Positions 9,601 to 18,751 of a DNA stretch of 55,413 bases are shown here, one piece after another (the stretch's first letter is position 1; each line of letters begins with the position of its first letter). Below the pieces are notes generated by a model. That model saw only the letters and a list, made by a program, of their open reading frames with translations. It made no database searches and was not told the origin of the DNA. The position numbers and the translations under genes were made by a program. The stretch is from Clostridiales bacterium (GTDB lineage: Bacteria > Bacillota > Clostridia > Acetivibrionales > DUMC01), in NCBI GenBank assembly GCA_035362115.1, contig DAOSDD010000001.1, forward strand, positions 1 to 55,413. The letters run 5' to 3'.

Positions 9601-10343
9601 TGAGATGTAAAACCGGAAAATTCATCAATCCAGATTTCCGCTCCATCAAACATAGTGGTTTCATCAAGTTTTTCGTAAAGCATTGTTAAGTCATCATCTG
9701 CATCTTTATACTTGTCACCGATGATGTTTTCATACTCCTTATAAATCAATGCCAGCTCTTTAAGCTTTTGACCTAATAAAGAATTTGTTCTGTTTGCTTC
9801 AATTTTCTCAATGTCATCTATATTCTCAGTGTTCTCAATATTGTCAATGTTCTTAATATTCTTAGTACCATCTATATCCTTAGTATTCTCTACACTCTTA
9901 GTGTCCAATCTTTCGCAGGCCTTTTCAAGAGCATCCGGCGTTATATTATATCTCTTAAACTCTGCAATCATTTCACACATAGTATTAACAAACCCCTGTT
10001 GTTCTGCAGATTTAGTGAATATTTTCAACTGGCCTTTCATGTTTTCAAGTATTTTATGTATTATCATACACTTACCGGCTGAGTTTATCCGCACAAATGT
10101 GATTCCGCCCACCTCATTGAAAACTCTATAGGCCATTCGTCTGAAACTTAAAACTTCTGTTTGAATTATACCGCCGGATCCCATTGTTTTTACAAGGTTC
10201 CTTTCAGCCTGCAGTGAAAACTGTTCAGGCACCAGCAATATAAGAGAATTTGCCGCTCCGCTTTCAATCCTTGACTTTATTTCATTAAGGCAATAATAGC
10301 TTTTGCCAATGCCGGCCCTACCATATATAAACCGCAAGCTCAT
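6612..10343 (-). CDS. addB: ATP-dependent helicase/deoxyribonuclease AddB
   Basis: Walker A (GRAGIGKS) at the N-terminus. The C-terminal nuclease domain has the Fe-S cysteines (CPFSYY ... CQYCSYKSIC, i.e. C-x2-C-x5-C). GGAGGG lies 7 nt upstream of the ATG at 10343, and the ORF remains open to a TTG at 10349. Confidence 0.95.
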   Translation of the reverse strand: MSLRFIYGRAGIGKSYYCLNEIKSRIESGAANSLILLVPEQFSLQAERNLVKTMGSGGIIQTEVLSFRRMAYRVFNEVGGITFVRINSAGKCMIIHKILENMKGQLKIFTKSAEQQGFVNTMCEMIAEFKRYNITPDALEKACERLDTKSVENTKDIDGTKNIKNIDNIENTENIDDIEKIEANRTNSLLGQKLKELALIYKEYENIIGDKYKDADDDLTMLYEKLDETTMFDGAEIWIDEFSGFTSQEYKVIAKLMTKVSRINICLCTDCLVDEFAELCLSTGNALGSVTGPDGISGSGNGYGNSNGNIGINCVDVFYPAKNVVKKLTKIAEEYNITVESPVILKRQNHRFKNSQELEHLERYFYAFPYKKYQENTGKTTDISIFTASNIYTEIEHTARDIICLCRDEGLRYKDVTVVCGNLDTYDKFIRVIFTQYGIPYFIDKKRNITHHPLIQMIMSVFEIFIYNWSYEAVFGYLKTGLAGIPREEIDLIENYVLACGIRGNKWTREDDWEYIPDMIWEESEKQAYDDLLIKINDIRRRITAPLVEFHRHASGRKSTSDICEALFDLLCNLEVPDRIEMYLDKFENQGELALAGEYGQVWNITMEVLDQTVELLGDERIGLERFLNIIGIGFGEYKIGLIPPALDQVLVGNIERSKSHDVKALYILGVNDGVFPAPGDGEGILSDMDRGVLQSLGMELASDTRTKAFEDQYMIYSTLTTAEKYLKLSVPIADHEGKTLRPSIIISRLRKIFPSILEENNIVYSGMDNEDMKLISGRNPTFNELLSIIRKTVDGENMNPLWKDVYLWFANHDKWRHRCSTAMSALAYTNLVEPVSRQKAVQLYGNPAYSSVSRLEKYASCPFSYYIQYGLKVKERKIFQLTPPDIGTFLHAVLEEFSRYMAENGISWRNISKEECSGIVHKISDELLEKMQGGPIKNGTKRYRILVKRLDRVLLRAVWLIVEHVKRGGFEPVGYEINFGGRDGLPPINIELPSGEVIKLTGRIDRVDALETGDGTYIRIIDYKSGSKDFSLSNVFYGLQIQLITYLDALWREDGEENENSRRNDRMNKEFKLPMIPGGILYFKIDDPIIRNRKEFDEEEVEKAIMKQLKMKGLLLADVKVIKEMDRTIDGSSLIIPARINKGDILGKNSSAATIEQFNTLRKYVRKLLENMGTEIMRGDISISPYKNKNITSCQYCSYKSICQFDPVLKDNKYRIITDRNDDEVWSSMDMYCAENEKDCKI
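9801..9896 (-). repeat. Imperfect in-frame ~12-bp repeat tract inside addB (peptide N[IT]xD/E-I-x)
   Basis: Encodes NTKDIDGTKNIKNIDNIENTENIDDIEKIE. Degenerate periodicity is visible in the DNA. Confidence 0.7.
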
Positions 10344-10378
10344 ATGCAAACCCTCCGCAAACTCCGCAGCGTATTATT

Positions 10379-11653
10379 TCAAGCTCCAGTTCCTGCCGCC
10401 TCTCTGCCTATTATTCCAAATTCCCTTCCCAGATCCTCCAGAACATTAAGTACTTTGTCCAGTTGTTCAGTAGTGTGGTTTGCCATCAGGCTCATCCTTA
10501 TTCTTGCCAGCTTTTTAGGAACTGCCGGATACAATACCGGATTGACATAGATATTTGCTTCGTGCAAACGACGGCATATCTCCTTAACTATAAAATCATC
10601 ACCTATTATCACAGGGAAAATAGCTGTCTGCGAATTGCCAAGGTTAAAGCCAAGATCCAAGAGATTCTTTCGGAAATAATTTATATTTTCCCATAATTTT
10701 TCTCTGAGTTCAGGTTCATTCTCTATTACATCAATTGCAGCAATAAGTGATGCGGTTACCTGTGGTGTCATAGCAGTAGAGAACATATATGTCCTTGAAT
10801 AAAAGTTCAAAAGTTGAACCAGATTACTGTTTGAGGCTATAAATCCTCCAACCCCTCCCAGTCCCTTGGAAAATGTCCCTGCTACAATATCAACTTTTCC
10901 TTCAACATTGCAATATTCGGGTGTTCCTTTTCCATTTCTGCCAATTACTCCAGTGGCATGCGCCTCATCTACCATAACATAGGCACCGTAATACTTGGCA
11001 ATTTCAATTATTTTATCCAGGGGCGCAATATCTCCATCCATGGAATATACCCCATCAACTGCTACAAGCTTTGTCCTGTACTTATCCTTAACCCTTTTTA
11101 AAATATGTTCAAGTGAAGCCAGGTCATTATGCTTGAAAACTTTTAAATTCGTATTTTTGCACCCATCTATTATACTTGCATGAGCCAGCATATCCAATAT
11201 GGCAATATCTTCACTCTGAAGAAGAGAGAGCAATGTCCCGGCGTTGGAGCCAAAACCTGATGTGTATATGATTGCTGCTTCACAGCCCTTAAATTTTGCT
11301 ATTTTTTCCTCAAGCTCAATGTGTATATCCAGCGTCCCTCCCAGAAGCGGTACACTTCCTGCACCTGCGCCATATTTATCAAGTGCCTCTCTCCCTGCGG
11401 CAACTACCTTCGGATGCCTGGTCAGGTTGAGGTAATCATTTGAAGCAAGATAAATCATTTCCCTCACTTCACCAGTATAGGGATCCAGCACTCTCCTGAT
11501 AGGCTCAGACCCATCAAAAGCAACCCTTTTATACTGCATGTGATGTTTTGCTCTAATATCTCCCATAAAATCACTAAACAAATCAGCTCTACCCATAATA
11601 TCAACATCAGGTACATTCATAAAGTCCGCCATACTTAGCTTAGTTGAATCCAT
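10379..11653 (-). CDS. PLP-dependent alpha-oxoamine synthase family enzyme (Kbl/BioF/serine-palmitoyltransferase-like)
   Basis: 424 aa, colinear with E. coli Kbl as I recall it: NDYLNL, HASIIDG, DGVYSMDGDIAP, DEAHATG, and the PLP lysine in TFSKGLGG. The stop codon is 35 nt upstream of the addB start. Confidence 0.85.
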   Translation of the reverse strand: MDSTKLSMADFMNVPDVDIMGRADLFSDFMGDIRAKHHMQYKRVAFDGSEPIRRVLDPYTGEVREMIYLASNDYLNLTRHPKVVAAGREALDKYGAGAGSVPLLGGTLDIHIELEEKIAKFKGCEAAIIYTSGFGSNAGTLLSLLQSEDIAILDMLAHASIIDGCKNTNLKVFKHNDLASLEHILKRVKDKYRTKLVAVDGVYSMDGDIAPLDKIIEIAKYYGAYVMVDEAHATGVIGRNGKGTPEYCNVEGKVDIVAGTFSKGLGGVGGFIASNSNLVQLLNFYSRTYMFSTAMTPQVTASLIAAIDVIENEPELREKLWENINYFRKNLLDLGFNLGNSQTAIFPVIIGDDFIVKEICRRLHEANIYVNPVLYPAVPKKLARIRMSLMANHTTEQLDKVLNVLEDLGREFGIIGREAAGTGA

Positions 11654-11793
11654 ATTATTCCTCCATTTAAAACTTGCTCTTAGTTATATCTTAATTATTT
11701 CTAATTTATACCTAACATTATACCATAAGAAATCAATGTGTAAAATAGTAATACTGCTTAACTGCTTAAACTTTCCAATTCAACTAAAATTTG

Positions 11794-14298
11794 TTAAATA
11801 TGCAGATTCTCAAATATCTTCTCCACTTCTTCCTCCAGTAGCGGAGCATAAAATAAAAAGCCCTGGCCCTTATCACATTTGTATTTTTTCAATACTTCCA
11901 GTTGTTCAATAGTTTCAATCCCTTCAGCCACTACTTCCAGGTTAAGTTCATGAGCCAGTTTAATTAAAGATTTTAGAATGACCTCGTCATCATTTATATT
12001 AGATATATTCTGTATAAGCGTCTGATCAAGTTTTACAGTATCAATGGGCAATTGTTTAATATAATATAGAGATGAGTAACCGGTTCCAAAATCATCCAAT
12101 GCAATCCTAAACCCCAGATTTTTAATATGCTTTAGCACATTAATTGCAGCATTAATATCTGTCATTACAGTTGTTTCAGTAATTTCAAATTGAATTTGCT
12201 CATGTTGAATTCCTGTGATATCCGCCAATTCTATCATATTCCGGAGCAAATCAGTATGGAAAATACACTTTCTTGAAAGGTTTATCGACATTAACACAGG
12301 GGGAAATCCCTTTTTGCTCCACCGCTTTTTTTGTTCAAATGACTCCTTTACCACCCAATAACTGATATCTAAAATATAACCTGTTTGTTCCGCAATGGGT
12401 ATAAAATACGCAGGAGGTATATATCCCTGTTCTGGGTTCATCCACCTTAATAAAGCTTCCACACCCGCTATTTTTCCAGTATTCAGGTCTATCTGAGGCT
12501 GGTAATGAATAGTGAACTCATTATTTTGTATGGCTTTACCCAGTTGATTAGCAATGTTTGTATACTGAGATTCTTTCTCCTTCATTTCCTGAGTATAAAT
12601 ACAGTAATTGCCTCTTACTGTTTCTTTAACATTATACATTGCAGTATTAGCATTCTTGAGTAATGTTTCAAGATCACGGCCATGTTCAGGATAAATAGCT
12701 ATGCCCATACTTGCTGAAATATAGAATTCATGTTTATCAATAACCCAGGGTTCCTTTAAACAAAGTCTTATTTTTTCTACTTCCGATATTATTTCAGTTT
12801 TATTTTTTACACTGGTCAAGACGGCAACAAATTCATCTCCCCCTAACCTTGACACTATATCAGGAGATTTTATGTATTTCTGCAGTATGCTTGAAACATG
12901 TTTCATAAGCTTGTCTCCTGAAGTGTGTCCCAGCAAGTCATTAATATGTTTTAAATTGTCTATTTCTATGAACAATACTGCCATTATTCCACCTGTTGAA
13001 GACTTTTCATTAATAATAGAATTAAAACTTGATATAAGCATAAGGCGGTTTGGCAACCCTGTTAAAGCATCATAATATGCCATATTATACATTATATTTT
13101 CCAGCTGTTTTCTATAGGTAATATCAGTACCTGCACATAATATTCCCGATATGCTTCCATCATAGTTATAAAGAAGACTGATATTCCATAAAACATCCAG
13201 TAACTTTCCATCCTTGCATACTATTTGGCTCTCATAATTATATAAAAATTTACCTTCTTGTATATCGTTTAAAACAGTTAACATATGTTTTCTTTTCTCA
13301 TGTGGAATAAAAATATCTATCCACTTTTTGCCTGAAAATTCATTTTCCTTGTAGCCTGTAATTTTTGTAGTATATTGATTCAAACGCATCATTATGCCAT
13401 CATTATCAAGTACAACTATAATGACTTGTGCATTATTCAGTATACTTTCTGAAAACTCTTTTTCCATTCTCAAGTGCTCCTGAAGTTGAATTTGTTCAGT
13501 TATATCCGTATGTGATCCTGCTATTCTGACAGCGCTTCCCTGTTCGTCCCATATTCCTACACCTCTGCTTAAAATCCACAGGTATGATCCATCTTTGCAG
13601 TACAATCTATAAGTATTTTTATATATTCCTTTTTTCGAAATTTTGTAATTATTTAAAGTTTTTAATGCTCTGTCCCTATCGTCAGGGTGCATAATAGCGA
13701 GTAATGAATTATGGGTATTATCCAGTTCTTGTGGATCATAACCCAATGCTTTTTTCCACTTGGTTGAAAAATAATAAACGTCATTCTGAACATCCCAATC
13801 CCAGATACCATCATTTGAACCTTCTACTGCCAGTTCATATCTTTGCTCGCTTATTATTAAAGCATTCCTGTGCTTTTCCAACTCATTGAACTGCTGCCTC
13901 AACTCCTCTTCAATGGCTACCAATTCTTCATGTGTTGAACTTAATTCATCATATGTCTCATACGTTTTTTGCATGGCATTTTTACATAATTTGACATTTC
14001 TATGAATAACAATAAATATTAGGACAGTAGTTATAATTATATGTAAACCATTTTTAATTAGCTCAAAATACCTATATGTATTTATATCCGGGATTAGCAA
14101 GTCTAAAACATATTCCAGCAGAAACTCCAATAAGATGTCAGTAAAGCCATATATAAGAGCAAATTTAATAGCCGTTTTCAAAGGATTAATTTCCTTTTTA
14201 AATTCTGAAATATCAGGGATAGCATAATAATAATTATTATTATTATAATTATTACTATGTATAGTACTAATTGCTTTACGAAACACCTTATGTAACAT
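11794..14298 (-). CDS. Membrane-anchored PAS/PAC-GGDEF-EAL c-di-GMP signalling protein
   Basis: 834 aa with N-terminal hydrophobic segments and two PAS/PAC-like regions. The RLGGDEFV motif is intact, as are the EAL motifs (EALLRW, DDFGTGYSS, EGIET, QGF). Confidence 0.9.
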   Translation of the reverse strand: MLHKVFRKAISTIHSNNYNNNNYYYAIPDISEFKKEINPLKTAIKFALIYGFTDILLEFLLEYVLDLLIPDINTYRYFELIKNGLHIIITTVLIFIVIHRNVKLCKNAMQKTYETYDELSSTHEELVAIEEELRQQFNELEKHRNALIISEQRYELAVEGSNDGIWDWDVQNDVYYFSTKWKKALGYDPQELDNTHNSLLAIMHPDDRDRALKTLNNYKISKKGIYKNTYRLYCKDGSYLWILSRGVGIWDEQGSAVRIAGSHTDITEQIQLQEHLRMEKEFSESILNNAQVIIVVLDNDGIMMRLNQYTTKITGYKENEFSGKKWIDIFIPHEKRKHMLTVLNDIQEGKFLYNYESQIVCKDGKLLDVLWNISLLYNYDGSISGILCAGTDITYRKQLENIMYNMAYYDALTGLPNRLMLISSFNSIINEKSSTGGIMAVLFIEIDNLKHINDLLGHTSGDKLMKHVSSILQKYIKSPDIVSRLGGDEFVAVLTSVKNKTEIISEVEKIRLCLKEPWVIDKHEFYISASMGIAIYPEHGRDLETLLKNANTAMYNVKETVRGNYCIYTQEMKEKESQYTNIANQLGKAIQNNEFTIHYQPQIDLNTGKIAGVEALLRWMNPEQGYIPPAYFIPIAEQTGYILDISYWVVKESFEQKKRWSKKGFPPVLMSINLSRKCIFHTDLLRNMIELADITGIQHEQIQFEITETTVMTDINAAINVLKHIKNLGFRIALDDFGTGYSSLYYIKQLPIDTVKLDQTLIQNISNINDDEVILKSLIKLAHELNLEVVAEGIETIEQLEVLKKYKCDKGQGFLFYAPLLEEEVEKIFENLHI

Positions 14299-14477
14299 AT
14301 ACCGCCCCTATTCCTATATTCCTATATTCCTATACTCTAATAATCATGTTCCAGTTTACCATATATGTCATTATATTTCAACGACAATTTCCCAATTTAC
14401 CTATTATTTCCCCAGTTTATCTGTTATATCGACAAAATTTGCAGATGGAATTATCAAATGTGAAAGATATTTAGATG

Positions 14478-14510
14478 AAAAAAGGATGGGCTTAACCCAT
14501 CCTTTTTAAT
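14478..14510 (-). terminator. Bidirectional Rho-independent terminator
   Basis: AAAAAGGATGGG-cttaa-CCCATCCTTTTT is a perfect stem flanked by an A-tract and a T-tract. It lies downstream of the minus-strand solute-binding gene. Confidence 0.7.
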
Positions 14511-14522
14511 TTTTTATCAATT

Positions 14523-14577
14523 TTGTGGAGGACTGTCCCCATTGATTTTTAATTGTGGAGGACTGTCCCTATTGATT
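14523..14577 (+). repeat. Two 30-bp-spaced copies of TTGTGGAGGACTGTCCC[CT]ATTGATT (GGAGGACTGTCCCC motif family)
   Basis: Near-identical units at 14523 and 14553, plus a degenerate third copy (CATTGGAGAATCATCCCCAATGACT) at 14688-14712. Confidence 0.85.
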
Positions 14578-14724
14578 GTCATTTCCTATTGTCCAGGAAT
14601 TAATTTTTAGCTATTTTCTATCTGAGACTTTATTTTTAATCTTTTTTAGTATAAACTATTCATGTAAATTATTTATTTTTTTTCAGTCATTGGAGAATCA
14701 TCCCCAATGACTTTATTTTTCTTA

Positions 14725-16437
14725 TTACCTGTTCCATTTGTCATAACCATCCTGTATAATCTTTGTAAGCTCATCAAGTCCTATTGATTTTACAGTGTTT
14801 ACATAACTGTCCCATTTGTCAAGAGGTTCTTCACCAATTATAAACTTGGCAATCATCTGCTCAACATAGGTATTTATGTCGTTTTTCAGGAAGTTCATTC
14901 TTTCAGCTTGTTCCTTAGTGAAACGTACAGTGTTTGGATATACTGGTATTGTGTATGGGAAGTATTGTTTTTCACTTTCAGTAGCTTTAAGTAACAATAA
15001 TGGGTCGGTATTTGGAACTGCATCAGTTACAACCCATCCAAATCCACCAGGCATTACATGCTTACTTATATATTCTACAGGATTTAAACCTTCTACTTTA
15101 GATTCTCTAGTATAAGTTTTTCTTGATGCATCATCGAAATACCAGTTATAGTCAAGTATTCCAAGGAAGTTACTCAATCCGCAAATTCCTTCTACGTTTT
15201 CATCAACTTTTCTGAAGAATACATCTGCCCACCTAATCATAGCTTCCGGATATTTACATTTATTTGTTAATGCAAATGAACCAGTGAAAACTCCAGGATA
15301 CTCTGCTGTTACTTTCTTGTTGTTACTTGCGGAAGTTAATGGTGAAATTAACTCATATGGAGCAGATTGACCGGGGTTTAATGATGAAGATAGTGAGATT
15401 GCACTTATGCCCATAGTCCCTTCCTTATACTTGGCTATATATTGCTGCATAGTTTGAGTAAACATATCATGGTCGAGTAAATTCTCTGAATAAAGCCTTC
15501 TCATATATGCAAGGTAGTCTTTGAAGGCAGGTTGAACAGGGTTAAATACAACTTTATTGCCAACAAGATCAAAGCCTGCTCCACCGGCCTGACCACTGAA
15601 GGCAGCATAGAATATTGGATGCAATATTCCACCGATACTTCCAGCACCGGCAGGGTTCTGTTTCCAATAGGATAATGGTATTTCATCATTCTTGCTATTT
15701 CCATTTGGATCCTTTTCTTTGAAAGCTTTGAGCACATCATAGAACTGGTCTACAGTTGTAGGTTTGCTCATCCCAACATTTGCTAGCCATTCCATATTAA
15801 TGTACAAAATATTTGCTGCCACTGTCTTAGTTCTCACTATATAAGGTAAAGAATAAATATGTCCATCAGTTGCTGTTATTGCTTTCCTTATATCGGGATT
15901 TTCAGTAAGTATCTTTTTAATATAAGGTCCATATTTATCAATGTACTTATCCAGCTGTAAAAATACCCCCTGAGGTCCATAAGTTTCTTCATCCTGTATG
16001 GTTATTCCGCCTTGATAGAATACATCAGGATAATCACCACTTGCAAATGTCAGGCTCTTTTTTTCCGGATAACCTGTTGCTAATGGAGTATCAAAGTCAA
16101 AGCTTATATTTGTAAGCTTTTCCATTCTCTTAAATACTTCCATGTCTTTCCATTCGCCATGGAGCGGACTCTTTGATCCCATAAGCTTTAATGCAACTTT
16201 CTCTTTTGTAATAGGGAATCCAGTAGCGTTAATGTAAGCAGGAATATCATCTTTCTTTGCAGTTGCTTCTTGATTCTTCTGCGTTTGTTCTTTTGTAGCT
16301 TCCTCTGCCGTAGTAGTTGTGATCTCTTTTGAGCTAGTTGCTTTTTCTATAACAACACACCCAGCCATGCTTCCTGCAACCATCGCAAGGATTACAACGA
16401 TTGGCAGCAGATTTTTCAATGCTTTGAACTTTTTCAT
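14725..16437 (-). CDS. Extracellular solute-binding lipoprotein of a carbohydrate ABC importer (LplA-like, large family-1 SBP)
   Basis: 570 aa with a signal peptide and lipobox (SMAGC) followed by a T/E/K-rich linker. It lies directly downstream of two sugar-permease genes. Confidence 0.8.
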   Translation of the reverse strand: MKKFKALKNLLPIVVILAMVAGSMAGCVVIEKATSSKEITTTTAEEATKEQTQKNQEATAKKDDIPAYINATGFPITKEKVALKLMGSKSPLHGEWKDMEVFKRMEKLTNISFDFDTPLATGYPEKKSLTFASGDYPDVFYQGGITIQDEETYGPQGVFLQLDKYIDKYGPYIKKILTENPDIRKAITATDGHIYSLPYIVRTKTVAANILYINMEWLANVGMSKPTTVDQFYDVLKAFKEKDPNGNSKNDEIPLSYWKQNPAGAGSIGGILHPIFYAAFSGQAGGAGFDLVGNKVVFNPVQPAFKDYLAYMRRLYSENLLDHDMFTQTMQQYIAKYKEGTMGISAISLSSSLNPGQSAPYELISPLTSASNNKKVTAEYPGVFTGSFALTNKCKYPEAMIRWADVFFRKVDENVEGICGLSNFLGILDYNWYFDDASRKTYTRESKVEGLNPVEYISKHVMPGGFGWVVTDAVPNTDPLLLLKATESEKQYFPYTIPVYPNTVRFTKEQAERMNFLKNDINTYVEQMIAKFIIGEEPLDKWDSYVNTVKSIGLDELTKIIQDGYDKWNR

Positions 16438-16501
16438 TAACTAATAACCTCCTTAAAAATTTTTTACTAATATTATCTTTTTTGTAAAAACCTGTTGTCG
16501 T

Positions 16502-17401
16502 TTATCCTTTAATAGCACCTACCATAATACCCTGTACAAAATATTTTTGTATGAATGGATATGCTATAAGTACAGGGGCGGTAGATACTATTATGACCGC
16601 ATATTTAATCATATCTGCAATTTTAGCCTGCTTGGCAATTGCTTCGATTTCTTCACCGGTTTTCATCATCTCGGTGCTCATTTCATTTAGAATAAGAATT
16701 TCTCTCAATATAAGCTGCAAAGGAAACTTTTCTCTGTCTGATATATACATCAATGCTAGAAAATAGCTGTTCCAGTGACTTACCCCGTAAAACAAGGCAA
16801 TAACTGCAATAATTGGAGTAGAAAGAGGCAAAACGATTGTAAGGAATAACCTTGTATTTGAACAGCCATCTATTTCCGCTGCTTCTTTCATTTCATTTGG
16901 TATATTTGATTGGAAATATGTCCGTGTTATTATAATATTATACATACTTGCAGCTCCTGGTAGTAATAATGCCCAGATTGTATCCCTCATGCCAAGGCCT
17001 TTAATAATAAGGTATGTGGGAATAATACCGCCACTGAAAAACATTGTAAAGGTAAAAAGGCCCATGAAAAGATTTCTTCCATAGAAATCCTTTCTTGATA
17101 AAGAATAAGCTGCAGGGAGAGTCACAATAATATTTACTATAGTACCAAAAAAAGTATAAAAAATGGTATTTCTATAACCTGTCCATATTTCCTTATCTTT
17201 GAATACTCTCAGATACCCGTCAAAACTTATGCCTTTTGGCAGAAGCAAAACTTTGCCTTGATTTACCAGGTCTGGGTCGCTTATAGAGGCACTAAGTACA
17301 AATATCAATGGATATATTTCTACTATCAGGACAAGGGTCATAATAATAACATTTATTATATTAAAAGCTTTATCAGATTTTGATTCTTTAATTACACTCA
17401 T
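16502..17401 (-). CDS. Carbohydrate ABC transporter permease (LplC-like)
   Basis: 299 aa, about 6 TM segments, EAA loop (EAAEIDGCSNTRLFLTIVLP). Confidence 0.85.
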   Translation of the reverse strand: MSVIKESKSDKAFNIINVIIMTLVLIVEIYPLIFVLSASISDPDLVNQGKVLLLPKGISFDGYLRVFKDKEIWTGYRNTIFYTFFGTIVNIIVTLPAAYSLSRKDFYGRNLFMGLFTFTMFFSGGIIPTYLIIKGLGMRDTIWALLLPGAASMYNIIITRTYFQSNIPNEMKEAAEIDGCSNTRLFLTIVLPLSTPIIAVIALFYGVSHWNSYFLALMYISDREKFPLQLILREILILNEMSTEMMKTGEEIEAIAKQAKIADMIKYAVIIVSTAPVLIAYPFIQKYFVQGIMVGAIKG

Positions 17402-17509
17402 ATCATGTTCTTCCTCCTTGTATAATAGTTCCTGTTTCTGTACACAGCCGCAAAGCTGGTATCAGGGACTCATTACTTTATTCCGTACCAATTGTATATA
17501 TTGTACCTA

Positions 17510-18493
17510 TTACCACAGACTTGTTTCATTCAGCTTTTTCGCAATATTGTTAACTATTATAAGTAAAGTAAAATTAATTACCGAGTTAAAAAACCCTACT
17601 GCCGAAGAAAAGCTGTATTGAGCATTCAATAAGCCCATCCTATATACATATGTTGATATTACATCAGAAGTTTCCATATTTAACGAATTCTGCATGAGGA
17701 ATACCTTTTCAAATCCTACATTCATAATGCTTCCACTGTTAAGAATCAGTATAATAACCATCGTTGGCATTATTCCAGGTATATTAATATGCCTTATACG
17801 TTGAAGCCTCGTTGCTCCATCTACTATTGCAGCTTCATGCAGTTGAGTATCGATTCCACTTAAAGCTGCAAGGTATATAATTGAGCTCCATCCGGCACTT
17901 TGCCAAACTCCAGTCCAAACATATATACTTCTAAACATGCTGGGCTTAGACATAAAAGGAATCGGTTCTCCTCCAAGAGCTTTTATTATGCCATTAATAA
18001 TACCATTGGAAGGTGCAAGAAATGCAAGGATCATACCTACCATTACAACTGTTGAGATAAAGTGTGGGGCATAAGTTACATTTTGTACAAGTTTCTTAAA
18101 TTTCTCATTCTTCAATTCATTAAGTAGTAATGCCAGTATTATAGGTATGGGAAAACCTGCAGCCATGGAATATAAAGCAATTCCTACAGTATTTTTTATC
18201 AAAAGATTAAAATAATAAGATTTGAAAAAATAGTTAAAGTGTTTCATACCTGTCCAGGGACTTCCCCATATTCCTTTGGTAGCAATAAAATCCTTAAATG
18301 CTATCTGTATACCATACATAGGGCCATAATGAAATATTAGGAAGTATAATAATGCCGGTAATATAAATATATATAATTCATAGTTTTTAATTACTTTTTT
18401 CCATACATTATTCCCTTTTTTTATAGGTTTTATTATTGCATTTGCATCAAGTTTTGTATCAAGACTTGCAACTGTATTTGTGTTTTGCATCAT
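17510..18493 (-). CDS. Sugar ABC transporter permease (LplB-like)
   Basis: 327 aa, polytopic, EAA loop (EAAIVDGATRLQRIRHINIP). Confidence 0.85.
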   Translation of the reverse strand: MMQNTNTVASLDTKLDANAIIKPIKKGNNVWKKVIKNYELYIFILPALLYFLIFHYGPMYGIQIAFKDFIATKGIWGSPWTGMKHFNYFFKSYYFNLLIKNTVGIALYSMAAGFPIPIILALLLNELKNEKFKKLVQNVTYAPHFISTVVMVGMILAFLAPSNGIINGIIKALGGEPIPFMSKPSMFRSIYVWTGVWQSAGWSSIIYLAALSGIDTQLHEAAIVDGATRLQRIRHINIPGIMPTMVIILILNSGSIMNVGFEKVFLMQNSLNMETSDVISTYVYRMGLLNAQYSFSSAVGFFNSVINFTLLIIVNNIAKKLNETSLW

Positions 18494-18751
18494 ATCTTAA
18501 GCTCAGCTCCCTTTTTATACAGCTTTCTGGTTTATGTTGTTTGTTTTTCTGAAGAGGTAATCACATTGACTCACAAGTAAAGAATATCATTGAAATATAA
18601 AAGTGTAAATTAGTTTTTGTGGAAGATATTTGTTTTTGTTGCATATAGATTATAATTATTAAATAGAAAATAGAGCGTTAAGGAGAATAAAAGAGATTTT
18701 AAGGGATTAATCAATATTTTTTATACAAAAGCACTTCACCTCTTCAACTAC

